A stretch of 64,000 bases of DNA from Patescibacteria group bacterium (GTDB lineage: Bacteria; Patescibacteriota; Patescibacteriia; SBBC01; CAIJZX01), in contig JBBTRH010000013.1 of assembly GCA_038065275.1 (NCBI GenBank), forward strand, positions 32,106 to 96,105. Reading direction: 5' to 3'. Under the pieces are notes generated by a model, which saw only the letters and a list, made by a program, of their open reading frames with translations, had not been told where the DNA came from and did not search any database. The first letter of the stretch is position 1, and each line of letters begins with the position of its first letter. Below are positions 36,641 through 46,780 of the stretch, piece by piece. The position numbers were made by a program, and so were the translations under genes.

Positions 36641-36643
36641 GGG

Positions 36644-39600
36644 TTATTTGTTTAGCTTATCAATCTCCCCCATTATTCGTCCGGTTTCGAGTAGCGCCAC
36701 GATCATCTGCTGATAATGCTCAATGTCTTCGTTGGTCAGGGTACGGCCTTTGCGGTCTTTCAGCCACTTTTGCGCCGGTTGATACCCGCCGATATAGAAA
36801 TTCCATGCTAATTCAGGAACTTGGCCGAAATACTGCTCGGTATTAATGAACACTTTGTTGTCTTTGTATGCTATTTTCTCGACCATATCCGATCCGGTCG
36901 CCGGATAGGTTGTAATGAATTTATTCACCTGCGGCGATTCGAGCAGGTGGAGCAACCGCAATTCGGTCCCTAGTGCTACTAGTTTTTTGAAAGTTATTGC
37001 ATCTTTCGGATACGGTACTCTAGGAAAATCAATCTTTAGAAATTCTTTGTATTTATCGCGATAACTCGGTGAGTGTAAAACGGCGTAAATATAATCAAGG
37101 ATATTTTCCGGCGTTACTTTACCGACCCTTTTTTCTATATCGCTAACAATTTCTTTTATTAGATTTGGTGTTTTTGTGCCATCTTCATAATAGAGGTACA
37201 ACGGAAAAAAGCGAGAATTATCAAAAGGAGAAATGGCGTCTTTGTCTAGTATCTTGTTAGAAACAAAAACATTGTTCACGTTCCCTCTGCGCGAGTTTCT
37301 TACTGTAATCAATGAGAGATTTGCATTCAACATGCTTTTCATTAAAGGAGATCTCGGGTAGGCCATGAAACCCTTTGTTTTTCCGGAATAATAGGTAAAG
37401 CGTTGTTCAAATGGATGATAGGTAACCTGCACGATTTGGCCTTTCCCCCCTTGAACATCTTCCCTAGCTAGATTAACCGTCCAATCCCTTCCATCGTCAG
37501 CTATATCGTATTTGGATCGTAGTTCTTTTATTTCAAGGTTGGTAAAATCGTTCAAAACATTGGCAATCTCATTGTTAGTAAATTGATATACCAGACCATC
37601 TCGCTTAGTTTGTATTCCAGAGTTAAATTCATTAAAAACTTCGTCGATTTTCAATCCTTTTCGATATTCTTCTTCATCGTTAAAATCTTTCGGCACAAAG
37701 AAATAATTCGGCTCCGGACAATCGAGTTTTACCCATTTGAGATTTTTAATATCGCTTTCATTAAGCTTGGTGAATTTATCTTCCCGCTTACCGTAAATTT
37801 CCGCGTGATGAACCTGGCCAAGGCCGGTTTTCTCTTTCGCGGTGCGGACAAAGATGGATATCGCGACGCCCTGCTGGATGTCGAACACGTTCTCGTCTTG
37901 TCCCCCGTCCGGAGCTTGTTCTTTCTTTTTGGAGTTGCCGTGCAAGTCAAGAATGTAAACATCGTCAAATGTTTCCAACAGGTGCTTTCGCATCTGGCGG
38001 TGCGTAATGCCGTCGATATAGGAATTATTGGTGATCATGGCGACGACGCCGCTCTTGTTTTTCTCGATAAAATGTTCGGCGTAGCGAATAAACTTAATGT
38101 AATCGTCGTCCAGGTTGATTTTCCGCTCGCCTAGTCCGCGTTTATAGTCCTGGATCAAATTCTGTATCCACGCGCCCTTGTTCGACGAGCTGACGCTGTA
38201 CGGCGGATTGCCGATAACCACCATGATCGGTGTGTCGTTCTTGATGACCGCCGCGCTTTTCGCTTCCTCGGCGATCGCGCCGCCGAAACCCAGGCTGAAG
38301 ATTTCGCCCTGGGGTTTTGGATCCTCAAGCGAATTCGTGAGAAATACTTTCAGGCGGGTCTTGCCGTTTCGTGTTTCATTAAAGTGCTTGAACCCGGTAT
38401 CCCGCAGCTTCATGCTGATCTTGAGGTGCGCAATCGTATATGGCACCATCATCAGCTCGAAGCCATGCAATCGTGGTAGTAGCTCATGGTGTACATATGA
38501 CGGCCAGCCGCCGCCTTGCCCGTGTTCCTGATACGCCTGGTATATCTTGTCGATCGTGGCGCTGATGAACGTTCCGGTGCCCGCCGCAGGATCAAGGATT
38601 TGTACCTTATGCTTCCCGTCATCTAGCTTAGCTGTATCCGCCAAGCCCCGCGCCAAGCCGAAATCCCGGCGCAGAATCTCGTCAACAGAGCGGATGATGA
38701 AATTCACGACCGGCAGCGGCGTATAGTACGCGCCCATCCGTTTGCGTAAGACAGGATCGTATTCTTTTAGGAAGTCCTCGTAGAAATGAATGATCGGATC
38801 GGCGTCGTCCAGAAACTCCTCGACCAGTTTCTTGATATCGGCGTGCTGGAACACCTCGCAGAGCTCGTCCACAATGTAGCCGAGCCGCTTGTCGAAATTT
38901 ACCCCGGCGATATGGTCGAAGAATTGTTTTAGGAACGGATTCGACGCGGGCACCAGCTGGTCGGCTTCCTGTCGCGAAAACGTGGCGGGAGTTTCATCGT
39001 TATACCGCGCCGTGAACAGTCCGTACACCAGGGTCTGGGCATACATGTCGGCAAACGCGTCAATGGTCAGGTCGTGGACCAGCATTTTCTTGATCGCTTC
39101 GTACAACTGCATAATTTCCGTGTTTTTTTCCGATTCATGCGACAGAAACTGCCGCGCGTTGTCGCGAATGCGCTGACCTTTGCCGCCCATGATCTTAGCC
39201 AGGTGTTTTCCCGATTTGATCGGTTCTTTGTGCGACTGCGCGAAATCCACCGAGGTTTTCGCCAGATGTTCGTACTCGGCCGGAACTGGCGTGATGGTGC
39301 GCTGTTTTAGGTCGTGCTTCGCGATTACGATCGGCTCTTCATACCGCAAGCCGTTGCGATAAAAACGGAATTCGACATAATCCGTCAGCACCAAATTGGC
39401 GTAGCCGTAATATCGCGCCATTTGTTCCGACTTTTCGATTTTATCTAGCGGCACGCCGATATCTTTAACCTCAATGTACAAAATCGGCACGTCGTGGCTG
39501 AGCACAACAAAATCAGGTTTATTGCCCTGTCGAGCTTTCGCGTCATGCAAAATATGGACATTTTTGACCGCGGCAAAAACCTCTTTTAGCAGAGTTTCGA

Positions 39601-39688
39601 AATCAGCGCGGTAGCCCATTTCGCTCGTTTCTTCGCGCGCGAACTTGGCGGCCACGGACTGCAGGTACTGTTCAAACACATTCGACAT
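36644..39688 (-). CDS. type IIG restriction-modification enzyme (MmeI-like fused endonuclease / N6-adenine methyltransferase / TRD)
   Basis: N-terminal PD-ExK (PDFVVLSHDVPILYIEVKD). MTase motif I ILDPAAGTGTF and motif IV VIGNPPYS. 1014 aa. Lower GC than the flanks. Confidence 0.8.
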   Translation of the reverse strand: MSNVFEQYLQSVAAKFAREETSEMGYRADFETLLKEVFAAVKNVHILHDAKARQGNKPDFVVLSHDVPILYIEVKDIGVPLDKIEKSEQMARYYGYANLVLTDYVEFRFYRNGLRYEEPIVIAKHDLKQRTITPVPAEYEHLAKTSVDFAQSHKEPIKSGKHLAKIMGGKGQRIRDNARQFLSHESEKNTEIMQLYEAIKKMLVHDLTIDAFADMYAQTLVYGLFTARYNDETPATFSRQEADQLVPASNPFLKQFFDHIAGVNFDKRLGYIVDELCEVFQHADIKKLVEEFLDDADPIIHFYEDFLKEYDPVLRKRMGAYYTPLPVVNFIIRSVDEILRRDFGLARGLADTAKLDDGKHKVQILDPAAGTGTFISATIDKIYQAYQEHGQGGGWPSYVHHELLPRLHGFELMMVPYTIAHLKISMKLRDTGFKHFNETRNGKTRLKVFLTNSLEDPKPQGEIFSLGFGGAIAEEAKSAAVIKNDTPIMVVIGNPPYSVSSSNKGAWIQNLIQDYKRGLGERKINLDDDYIKFIRYAEHFIEKNKSGVVAMITNNSYIDGITHRQMRKHLLETFDDVYILDLHGNSKKKEQAPDGGQDENVFDIQQGVAISIFVRTAKEKTGLGQVHHAEIYGKREDKFTKLNESDIKNLKWVKLDCPEPNYFFVPKDFNDEEEYRKGLKIDEVFNEFNSGIQTKRDGLVYQFTNNEIANVLNDFTNLEIKELRSKYDIADDGRDWTVNLAREDVQGGKGQIVQVTYHPFEQRFTYYSGKTKGFMAYPRSPLMKSMLNANLSLITVRNSRRGNVNNVFVSNKILDKDAISPFDNSRFFPLYLYYEDGTKTPNLIKEIVSDIEKRVGKVTPENILDYIYAVLHSPSYRDKYKEFLKIDFPRVPYPKDAITFKKLVALGTELRLLHLLESPQVNKFITTYPATGSDMVEKIAYKDNKVFINTEQYFGQVPELAWNFYIGGYQPAQKWLKDRKGRTLTNEDIEHYQQMIVALLETGRIMGEIDKLNK

Positions 39689-39950
39689 GGCTCAAGCCTA
39701 CCACAACACTAAGAAAAAACGAACACCGGTCTCGGCCTAGAGAAAAGTGCTGCCCTCTCCTGCCCAGAGCGGAGGATGCGAGATTCCCCGTACCACTCCG
39801 CTACGCTCCGGGTGCGTGGCAGGCGAACTCCCGATACCTTGCCGTCTACTCCCCTTATTCGTCCGGCGCGGAGGGCGAGACCCCGCACTATGCGCTTCGC
39901 GCAAATGCGGAGCAAGGATTCGAACGAAGTTACTTCAGATTCGGGCCGGG

Positions 39951-40035
39951 CGGAGAGAGAGGGATTCGAACCCTCGAACCCTTGCGGGTTGCACGCTTTC
40001 CAAGCGTGTGCACTCGACCACTATGCGATCTCTCC
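39951..40035 (-). tRNA. tRNA-Ser (anticodon GGA), long variable arm
   Basis: Hand-folded: acceptor GGAGAGA/UCUCUCC, D-stem GCAU/GUGC, anticodon stem CACGC/GCGUG with loop UUGGAAA, long variable arm, T-arm GAGGG-UUCGAAU-CCCUC. Confidence 0.75.
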
Positions 40036-40384
40036 GCCCGGCCCATATCTTTCTAACGCGTTTAACTAGAAAATCACATACGACATTTTTCTTTCGGCGG
40101 AATATTCACGTTCGGTTTCACCGGAAAAGTATATGCATTAGACCACGGCGCCTGTCCCGAATCCGAGTGTAACGAGGGCTTCGAGACGAACCCTCCGCTC
40201 CGCGCAAAACTCGAATGTACTTTCTACTAACTTGTATTGTAATATCCTTGTTCACGGCAGGTGTCACCCTCCGTGTCAACAGACAGTAGTCTACCATAGG
40301 CCAAATGTCAACGGAAAGAAAAAACTCCCGCCGTGGAACGTCAGACGTTCCGGGGAACGGGAGTACGGCATGATGGAGGACGAT

Positions 40385-40768
40385 TCAGGTCGAGATGAAC
40401 GGCGGGGTGGCGGCGGGAACGGTGTCCGCGGACGGCGCGGCGATCGGAGTCTGAAGGCTGATCGCTTCGATCTTGTCCGGCAGTTCGTCGACCGTCCAGC
40501 CATCAGCCAGGTTGGGCGGCGCATACTTCGCCAGGACCGAGCGCGCCGATCGGCGGCACTCGGCCAACTTGCGCTGGAGCACCGAGCTGTGCGGATGAAG
40601 CTGGGCCAGGTGGACAGCCCGCAGATAACACCGCAGGGGACCCGCTTGCTGGCCTTCGATGGCCGTCAAGCGAATGCTCAGCATGCGGCTGAAACCAGCC
40701 GACTGCAACAGGGACTGGGTGCGGCCGATCCGCTGTTCGAACTCGTCCGGACCGTTCTGGGTGTCCAT
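40385..40768 (-). CDS. hypothetical protein (coding strand ambiguous; an overlapping plus-strand ORF exists)
   Basis: 127 aa ORF with protein-like composition. The opposite-strand ORF 40232..40939 is Arg/Gly low-complexity. Confidence 0.25.
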   Translation of the reverse strand: MDTQNGPDEFEQRIGRTQSLLQSAGFSRMLSIRLTAIEGQQAGPLRCYLRAVHLAQLHPHSSVLQRKLAECRRSARSVLAKYAPPNLADGWTVDELPDKIEAISLQTPIAAPSADTVPAATPPFIST

Positions 40769-40871
40769 GTTGACTACCCTCCGTGCAGGTCAACACCGAT
40801 AAGAATGGGCGGTACGACGCCGACCACAAAGCCGACGCAATGGACGTACCCTACCCGAAGTACGTTGCGCT

Positions 40872-40992
40872 GTCAACCCAGCACCACCCAGCACCACTTT
40901 TGTCTAGTTTTAGCGTGCGTTAGGTATCTTGCTTTCTAAGTATAATGAGTTTTTCTGTGGCAAAAAGCAAGGAAAAGTGGTGCTGGGTTAAC
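40872..40992. repeat. MITE-like element copy 1 (TIR GTCAACCCAGCACCAC...GTGGTGCTGGGTTAAC; internal 10-nt duplication CCCAGCACCA)
   Basis: About 93% identical to copy 3 at 50404..50514. Right end fuses to a CCCCGTTAGAG half-site. Confidence 0.75.
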
Positions 40993-40996
40993 CCCG

Positions 40997-43009
40997 TTAG
41001 AGCCGTCGGTCAGCCGACCGGCTGAGTTGCCTTGCCCCTGCCAGGGGGCTGACTGCCCCGCCGGCGGCTCGCAGGTCAGTGACCGCGGCCGGCGGCGTGA
41101 CGTCGACGCTCAAGAGGAACAACGCGTCGGATGAGTTTGCCGTGACGCTGGTCGCCACGGAACCGTCATTCACCTCGGGCGCCGCCGTCCCCAGGATTTT
41201 TTGATAGGGTTTTTCCAGCGTCACCGTCTGCGGCGCGGCTGACGGATTGACCAGCACCGCGCCGTGATCGAAGTCGCGCCGGTAGACGTTAGTCAGCCCC
41301 GTTTGGAAATGCACGTCATCGAGCCAGACGGCGCCGGCCGCCGCCGCCAAGTCGAAGCGGACCGTGGCGTTGGCGTTTGCGGTTGACGGCGTCAGCGGCA
41401 GTTGATACTGTCGCCATGCGGTCGTGATCGGCAGGCTGACGGTGCCCGCTCCGCCGGTGTCAAGCACGAGGTCAATCGTCCGCGCCGCCGAGGCTTTAGC
41501 CCAGAACGTCAGGCCGTAGGTCAGCCCGGCGGTGACGGGAAAAGTGTCAGTCGCCGCGACCGAGGTGAAATTGTGGAACGAGCTGCTTTGACCGACGTCG
41601 GCGCGGAGACTGCGAGCGCCGACTGCTACGGTCGAATCATCAGTCGTGATCGTCGACTGGGTCGCGGGGGCCGTGACCGCCGTCCAGCCGGCCAGCCCGT
41701 TTTCGAATCCGTTATTCGCTGTTATCAAGTCGGCGGCCGGATTAAGCCAGACCATCTGGTAAGCCTCGGTCGTCGGTTGTCCGAGCCAACCGGTATCGCT
41801 CGCATTCGTGGTCGATCGGCCGGTCGCCAGGTTAACGGCGTATTCGTCATACCACCATTGATCGTACCGGAAGCCGTTGAGGCGCGGGTCCGTGACGCGA
41901 GCGCCGTTGCCGAAAAAACTGAATCCCGCTCCGAGTGAAGCGCTACCCAACCCAAAACGTTCCAGTCGGCGGTCGATCGCCGTGGTCCCGGTCGTGGAAG
42001 CGGCGTTCGATGAGATGAAGTTGTATTGCGGAGCTCGATAGCGGAGTTTGTCTTGAAAGTAGCCGCCGACTGGCCAGTACATGTTCGTGTACCAGGTCCC
42101 GCCCTCTTGTTGGGGGAAATACTCCTGCATCCAGCCGTTAAACGATCCATAGAGGCGGGGCGCGCCGGGAGTGCAGTTGCCGCTGATGATGAAATTCGGG
42201 TCGTCGATCAACGACCGGACTGTCTCTCCGAGAATGGTCTGCCCGTTGGTCCAGCCCTGAAAGAATTCCGCCGCCGAAACGTAACCGGCGCGGACGTAGT
42301 CAAATTTCTTGGTCGGCGTTTCGATCCACGGAATATCCGGGCAATAGACATCAAGAAACAGGCCGTCCCAGAGCCGCTGGCCAGCCGCATTGCGGGCATT
42401 GGCGACGGTGCCGGCCATCAGCTGGGCGATTGCCGCCGCCGTGGTGTAGGTGTATGAACCGTCCGGATTTTGAATCCGTTTAGCCAGATTGACGTTCACC
42501 AGATCGGCGTCGGTCGAGTGAATGCTCGGGTCGGCCGGCGGGTCGCTTTGGTAGTAGAGCCAACTGGCGTTCGGGCCGGGCGTCGGTCCCGCCCCGTCGT
42601 TGATCAACGTCCAGTACTGCTTGAACCAAGTGGATGAGTCGTAGTTGCCATACCAGATAAGGTGACCCAAAACATAGGCCAAGAGCTTGATCGCGGGGTT
42701 TCGTTGTCGCAATTGGCCGATCACGTCGGGGCGCAGATCAGTCAGCGGCGTGGCATCGATCGTCACCAACTGGTATTTCGCCGTTTGATCCAACGTTGAG
42801 GCGTTGAGCGTGCCGTCGTCGTTGAGTAGCGGCCAGCCCGAGGCCCGCACGCTGTCGTAGAGCCCCAGCCGCGGATAATTCAACTCTCCGCCCGCCGACA
42901 CCGGACCGGCCTGGACAATCGGGGTTTGGTGTGTACCGCTGATCAGCCACGCCGCCAACCCAAGCAAGCCAGTGATGATTACAATCGGGACGCGCAGTTT
43001 TATCGACAT
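40997..43009 (-). CDS. secreted putative glycoside hydrolase-like protein with C-terminal carbohydrate-binding-like domain
   Basis: Signal/TM at the N-terminus. Trp/Tyr/Gly/Asn-rich composition typical of TIM-barrel GH-like enzymes. C-terminal NGFENGLAGWT block resembles CBM4/9. No catalytic motif assigned. Confidence 0.4.
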   Translation of the reverse strand: MSIKLRVPIVIITGLLGLAAWLISGTHQTPIVQAGPVSAGGELNYPRLGLYDSVRASGWPLLNDDGTLNASTLDQTAKYQLVTIDATPLTDLRPDVIGQLRQRNPAIKLLAYVLGHLIWYGNYDSSTWFKQYWTLINDGAGPTPGPNASWLYYQSDPPADPSIHSTDADLVNVNLAKRIQNPDGSYTYTTAAAIAQLMAGTVANARNAAGQRLWDGLFLDVYCPDIPWIETPTKKFDYVRAGYVSAAEFFQGWTNGQTILGETVRSLIDDPNFIISGNCTPGAPRLYGSFNGWMQEYFPQQEGGTWYTNMYWPVGGYFQDKLRYRAPQYNFISSNAASTTGTTAIDRRLERFGLGSASLGAGFSFFGNGARVTDPRLNGFRYDQWWYDEYAVNLATGRSTTNASDTGWLGQPTTEAYQMVWLNPAADLITANNGFENGLAGWTAVTAPATQSTITTDDSTVAVGARSLRADVGQSSSFHNFTSVAATDTFPVTAGLTYGLTFWAKASAARTIDLVLDTGGAGTVSLPITTAWRQYQLPLTPSTANANATVRFDLAAAAGAVWLDDVHFQTGLTNVYRRDFDHGAVLVNPSAAPQTVTLEKPYQKILGTAAPEVNDGSVATSVTANSSDALFLLSVDVTPPAAVTDLRAAGGAVSPLAGARQLSRSADRRL

Positions 43010-43035
43010 CGTGCGATTATGTAGGTGGGCGAAGT

Positions 43036-44358
43036 TTATTGGTCGCCTTTATCCGTTTCAAACCTAGAACCATACTTCTGTTTGATGTATCTGACAATAT
43101 GACGGTACTTGCTCGGCCGGAGAATGTAGGTGGCCCCACGGATGTCACGTTCGGCTTGCGGACCGTACATTCTGGCCAATTCATGCGCCTCGACGATGTG
43201 CCGCAGAACTGTTCGTAACGATTCGCCAAAACCGCTCGCGGTCTTCATCGCTAAGAAGGCTAACTCACTATCAGGATTTTCTCTGGCGATGGCTTCAAGC
43301 GCGCCGGCGCACTCCCACGCCTCCTTACCGGCCGTCGACCCATACTTAGCCATCAGGCTGAATGAAGGGTTAGTCTTCAGGGGTAGTGTCATGGGTTTCT
43401 CGTTTAAAAAGACTTCCGGGTGTTTCGACATTTCCGCCCGTAGCCCGTCGTATCCGGCTAACAATTCGTCATGCAATAAGTCCACTAATTTTTCGGCTGG
43501 CCGTTCTAATAGTTCTTTCAGGCTTTGTCGCTCACTATTGAGAATAACCTCCGGCGCATGTATCTCCTCAAGTTTGCGTAGGCGCTCGTATCTGCTCTTG
43601 ATGAGTCGGGCCGGTTCACCGTGCCAAATGGGTGCCGCGTCCACAATGTTGTGCAGTCGTTCATGTTCAATAGTCGCCTTTGTCGCGATGCCTCGATCAG
43701 TCGCGTAGGAAAATGGTGAGTCATGGGAATGATACCCGGTGGCGCCAGGATATTGTGCGTCGATGTACTCTGGCACCATCACAAAGGTCACGCCAAAGGT
43801 ATCGAAAACTATGCGCTGTATTGATGAGCGATCAACCGGCGCGCCTTGGGCCTCAGTTGCGTCACGGAGCAAGCCGGCCCGATCGTGACGATAGCGGGCG
43901 ACGCGTTCAGCTTTTTCTGCCAGTCGGGCCGTCAGCCGGTCTAAATCCAAACGAAAAAGAAAATCGTCGTCGTGCTCGATATCATCCATCCGTTTGCTGA
44001 CCGCCCTCAACTCCTCATCATCACGCTCCACTTGAGCAAGTTGTTCCTCGGTCATATCCTCTATTTCTTGGTCGCTGCCCCCTTTCGTCAACTCTTCGTG
44101 CCGAACCGCTAGTCGGCTCCATTCATCTCGCCGTTGGATTTCCGAATCTGACGCATCGGCCCATAAGTGCGACCGAAAGTCTTTCAACTTACGCCGGGCT
44201 TCATCCGATTTCGGCGCGAACATTTCCTGGTCGACGATCGACTGAACCTCTAAAGCCTGCCCAACTCGTTTGTCCAGTTGGACGAACAGCTTCTCACGAC
44301 GGCTTTCCGAATGCTTCTCTTCCGGGCTATTCGGATGGTATCTTTCCGATCCATTCAT
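43036..44358 (-). CDS. hypothetical protein (acidic/coiled-coil N-terminal half)
   Basis: 440 aa ORF. No motif recognised. Confidence 0.4.
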   Translation of the reverse strand: MNGSERYHPNSPEEKHSESRREKLFVQLDKRVGQALEVQSIVDQEMFAPKSDEARRKLKDFRSHLWADASDSEIQRRDEWSRLAVRHEELTKGGSDQEIEDMTEEQLAQVERDDEELRAVSKRMDDIEHDDDFLFRLDLDRLTARLAEKAERVARYRHDRAGLLRDATEAQGAPVDRSSIQRIVFDTFGVTFVMVPEYIDAQYPGATGYHSHDSPFSYATDRGIATKATIEHERLHNIVDAAPIWHGEPARLIKSRYERLRKLEEIHAPEVILNSERQSLKELLERPAEKLVDLLHDELLAGYDGLRAEMSKHPEVFLNEKPMTLPLKTNPSFSLMAKYGSTAGKEAWECAGALEAIARENPDSELAFLAMKTASGFGESLRTVLRHIVEAHELARMYGPQAERDIRGATYILRPSKYRHIVRYIKQKYGSRFETDKGDQ

Positions 44359-44379
44359 GGCGCATCACCAGACCGAATA

Positions 44380-46770
44380 TCATGTTCTAAGCTTCTCGTT
44401 CAGCATCTGGGTCGTCTTGATTACCGTATCCGGATTGAGCGACATCGAATCAATGCCTTGTTGGGCTAGGAACAGCGCGATATCGGGATAATCGGATGGC
44501 GCTTGGCCGCAGAAACCGATTTTTCGGCCGGCGGCTTTGGCGCCTTTAATGCCCTTGGCGAACATGGCCATGACCGCGGGATTATGTTCGTCGTAGATGT
44601 GACTGACGATTTCCGAGTCGCGATCAACGGCTAAGGTGAACTGGGTCAGGTCGTTCGAACCGATCGAGAAGCCGTCAAAGATTTTGGCAAATTCGTCGAC
44701 GAGAATCACATTCGATGGCACTTCCATCATGCAGTAGACCTGCAGACCGTTCCGGCCGCGGATTAGTCCGTTCTCGGCCATGAGTTTAAGCACTCTCTCG
44801 CCTTCTTCGACCGACCGGCACATCGGGATCATCAGCTTTAAGTTGGTCAGGCCCATTTTTTCCCGGACGATGCGCATGGCCTTCAGTTCCAAGACGAACG
44901 CTTCCTGGTATTCCTGGCTGTAGTACCGCGCGGCGCCGCGCCAGCCCATCATCGGGTTGTCCTCCTCCGGTTCAAACTCTTTCCCGCCGATCAGCGTCGC
45001 GTACTCGTTGGTCTTGAAGTCCGACAAACGCAAGATGACGTCTTTCGGATAGAAGGCGGCGGCGATCATCGCCGCGCCGGAAGCCAACTTGTCGACATAA
45101 AATTTCGTCTTGTCCGCGTAGCCGGCTGTCCGCCCCGCAATCAGCTTCTTGGCGCGCTTGTCTTTCAGCCGCGGATATTTGATCAACGCCATCGGGTGGA
45201 TGCCGATCCACGAGGCGGTGATGAACTCCTCGCGGGCCAGGCCGACGCCGTCGTTCGGAATGAGACTCTGGGCGAAGGCTTGGTCGGGATTGCCGACGTT
45301 CATCATGATCTTGATCGGCGGACGCTTGAGAGCCTTCAGGTTATGAGTGACGACCTTGAACTTCAACGCACCGGCATAAACCGCCCCGCTTGATCCTTCC
45401 GAACAGCTGACGGTCACCTCCTGGCCGGTTTTGATCGCCCTAGTAGCATTCTTGGTGCCGACCATGGCCGGAATGCCGAGCTCGCGGGCGATAATGGCGG
45501 CGTGGCAGGTCCGGCCGCCGCGGTTGGTGACGATGGCCGCCGCAATCTTCATGATCGGTTCCCAATCCGGGTCGGTCATGTCCGTCACCAGCACTTCGCC
45601 GGCCTTGAACTGGCTGATGTGTTTAGCATCGAGGATGACGCGCGCTCGGCCGACGCCGATTTTCGTTCCGACCGGCGCGCCGGTCACTAACGGCTTGGCT
45701 TTGGTCGGCGCCAGCCGATATTCTTCCAAGACGTCACGGTTGGCGTGAGAATGCACGGTCTCCGGACGAGCTTGAACGATGAATAGATGCTTTGATCTTC
45801 CGTCCTTGGCCCACTCCATGTCCATCGGTTTGCCGTAGTGCCGTTCGATAATCACCGCCCATTTGGCAAGTTGTTCGATTTCCCGGTCGGACAGTATGAA
45901 TTTCGTCCGGTCGGCCGGCGGCACCGGAATGTTCTTGGTCGGGTGCTTGTGGTCGCCGGTATAGATCATTTTGATCAGCTTGTCGCCCATCTTGTGGGTC
46001 AGGATGGCGTGTTTGCCTTGAGAGAGCGTCGGCTTGAACACGTAGAACTCATCCGGGTTGACCCGGCCAAGGACGACGTTTTCGCCCAGGCCCCACGACC
46101 CGGTCAGCAAGACGGCGTCGCGAAAACCCGACTCCGTATCAATCGAAAACATCACGCCCGAACAGGCTTTATCGGACCGAACCATTTTTTCCACCGCCGC
46201 GCTCAAGCCGATCGAGAAGTGATCAAATCCTTTGTCGTGCCGATAGGAAATGGCGCGGTTGGTGAACAGTGAGGCGAAACATTTCTTGACCGCCAGAAGA
46301 AGATCGGCCTCGCCGCGGATATTGAGGTATGTTTCCTGCTGGCCGGCAAACGAAGCGTCCGGCAGATCCTCAGCGGTGGCGGAAGAACGGACCGCTACAT
46401 CGACATTAGTAAAAAATTCTTTTTCCAGTTTTCGATAATTCGCCACGATTACCCTCTTCAGATCGGGCGGCAGTTCAGCGGCCAAGATGGTATTCCGCAC
46501 TTTTTCTCCGCGCTCCGATAAATTTTTCATGTCCGAAGTATCAAGGTCGCGCAATATTTTTTTTATTTCCTGCTTGATGCCCGCTGTTTTCAGGAAGTGA
46601 AAATAGGCGGTCGCGGTGACCGCAAAACCGTTTGGAATACGCACGCCTTTCGGCATCAGCAACGAATACATTTCCCCCAGTGAAGCATTTTTTCCGCCGA
46701 CCAAAGGTACATCGGTGTTGCGTAGGTCTTTGAACCAGAGCACGAGCTGTTTGCGGCGGGACGTAGGCAT
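44380..46770 (-). CDS. ppsA: phosphoenolpyruvate synthase (pyruvate, water dikinase)
   Basis: PEP-utilising enzyme mobile-domain His motif GGRTCHAAIIARELGIPAMVG. N-terminal ATP-grasp and C-terminal PEP-binding domains. 796 aa. Confidence 0.88.
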   Translation of the reverse strand: MPTSRRKQLVLWFKDLRNTDVPLVGGKNASLGEMYSLLMPKGVRIPNGFAVTATAYFHFLKTAGIKQEIKKILRDLDTSDMKNLSERGEKVRNTILAAELPPDLKRVIVANYRKLEKEFFTNVDVAVRSSATAEDLPDASFAGQQETYLNIRGEADLLLAVKKCFASLFTNRAISYRHDKGFDHFSIGLSAAVEKMVRSDKACSGVMFSIDTESGFRDAVLLTGSWGLGENVVLGRVNPDEFYVFKPTLSQGKHAILTHKMGDKLIKMIYTGDHKHPTKNIPVPPADRTKFILSDREIEQLAKWAVIIERHYGKPMDMEWAKDGRSKHLFIVQARPETVHSHANRDVLEEYRLAPTKAKPLVTGAPVGTKIGVGRARVILDAKHISQFKAGEVLVTDMTDPDWEPIMKIAAAIVTNRGGRTCHAAIIARELGIPAMVGTKNATRAIKTGQEVTVSCSEGSSGAVYAGALKFKVVTHNLKALKRPPIKIMMNVGNPDQAFAQSLIPNDGVGLAREEFITASWIGIHPMALIKYPRLKDKRAKKLIAGRTAGYADKTKFYVDKLASGAAMIAAAFYPKDVILRLSDFKTNEYATLIGGKEFEPEEDNPMMGWRGAARYYSQEYQEAFVLELKAMRIVREKMGLTNLKLMIPMCRSVEEGERVLKLMAENGLIRGRNGLQVYCMMEVPSNVILVDEFAKIFDGFSIGSNDLTQFTLAVDRDSEIVSHIYDEHNPAVMAMFAKGIKGAKAAGRKIGFCGQAPSDYPDIALFLAQQGIDSMSLNPDTVIKTTQMLNEKLRT

Positions 46771-46780
46771 GGGATGCGGG

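Noticed and set aside
39760-39950. Possible second tRNA left of tRNA-Ser (GGATTCGAAC T-loop-like sequence)
   Set aside because: No cloverleaf could be folded, with no D-arm or anticodon arm in the right order. It is interpreted as a degenerate partial duplicate.
40232-40939. 235-aa plus-strand ORF overlapping the 127-aa minus-strand ORF
   Set aside because: Arg/Gly low-complexity translation typical of a spurious frame in GC-rich DNA. The minus-strand ORF is retained at low confidence.
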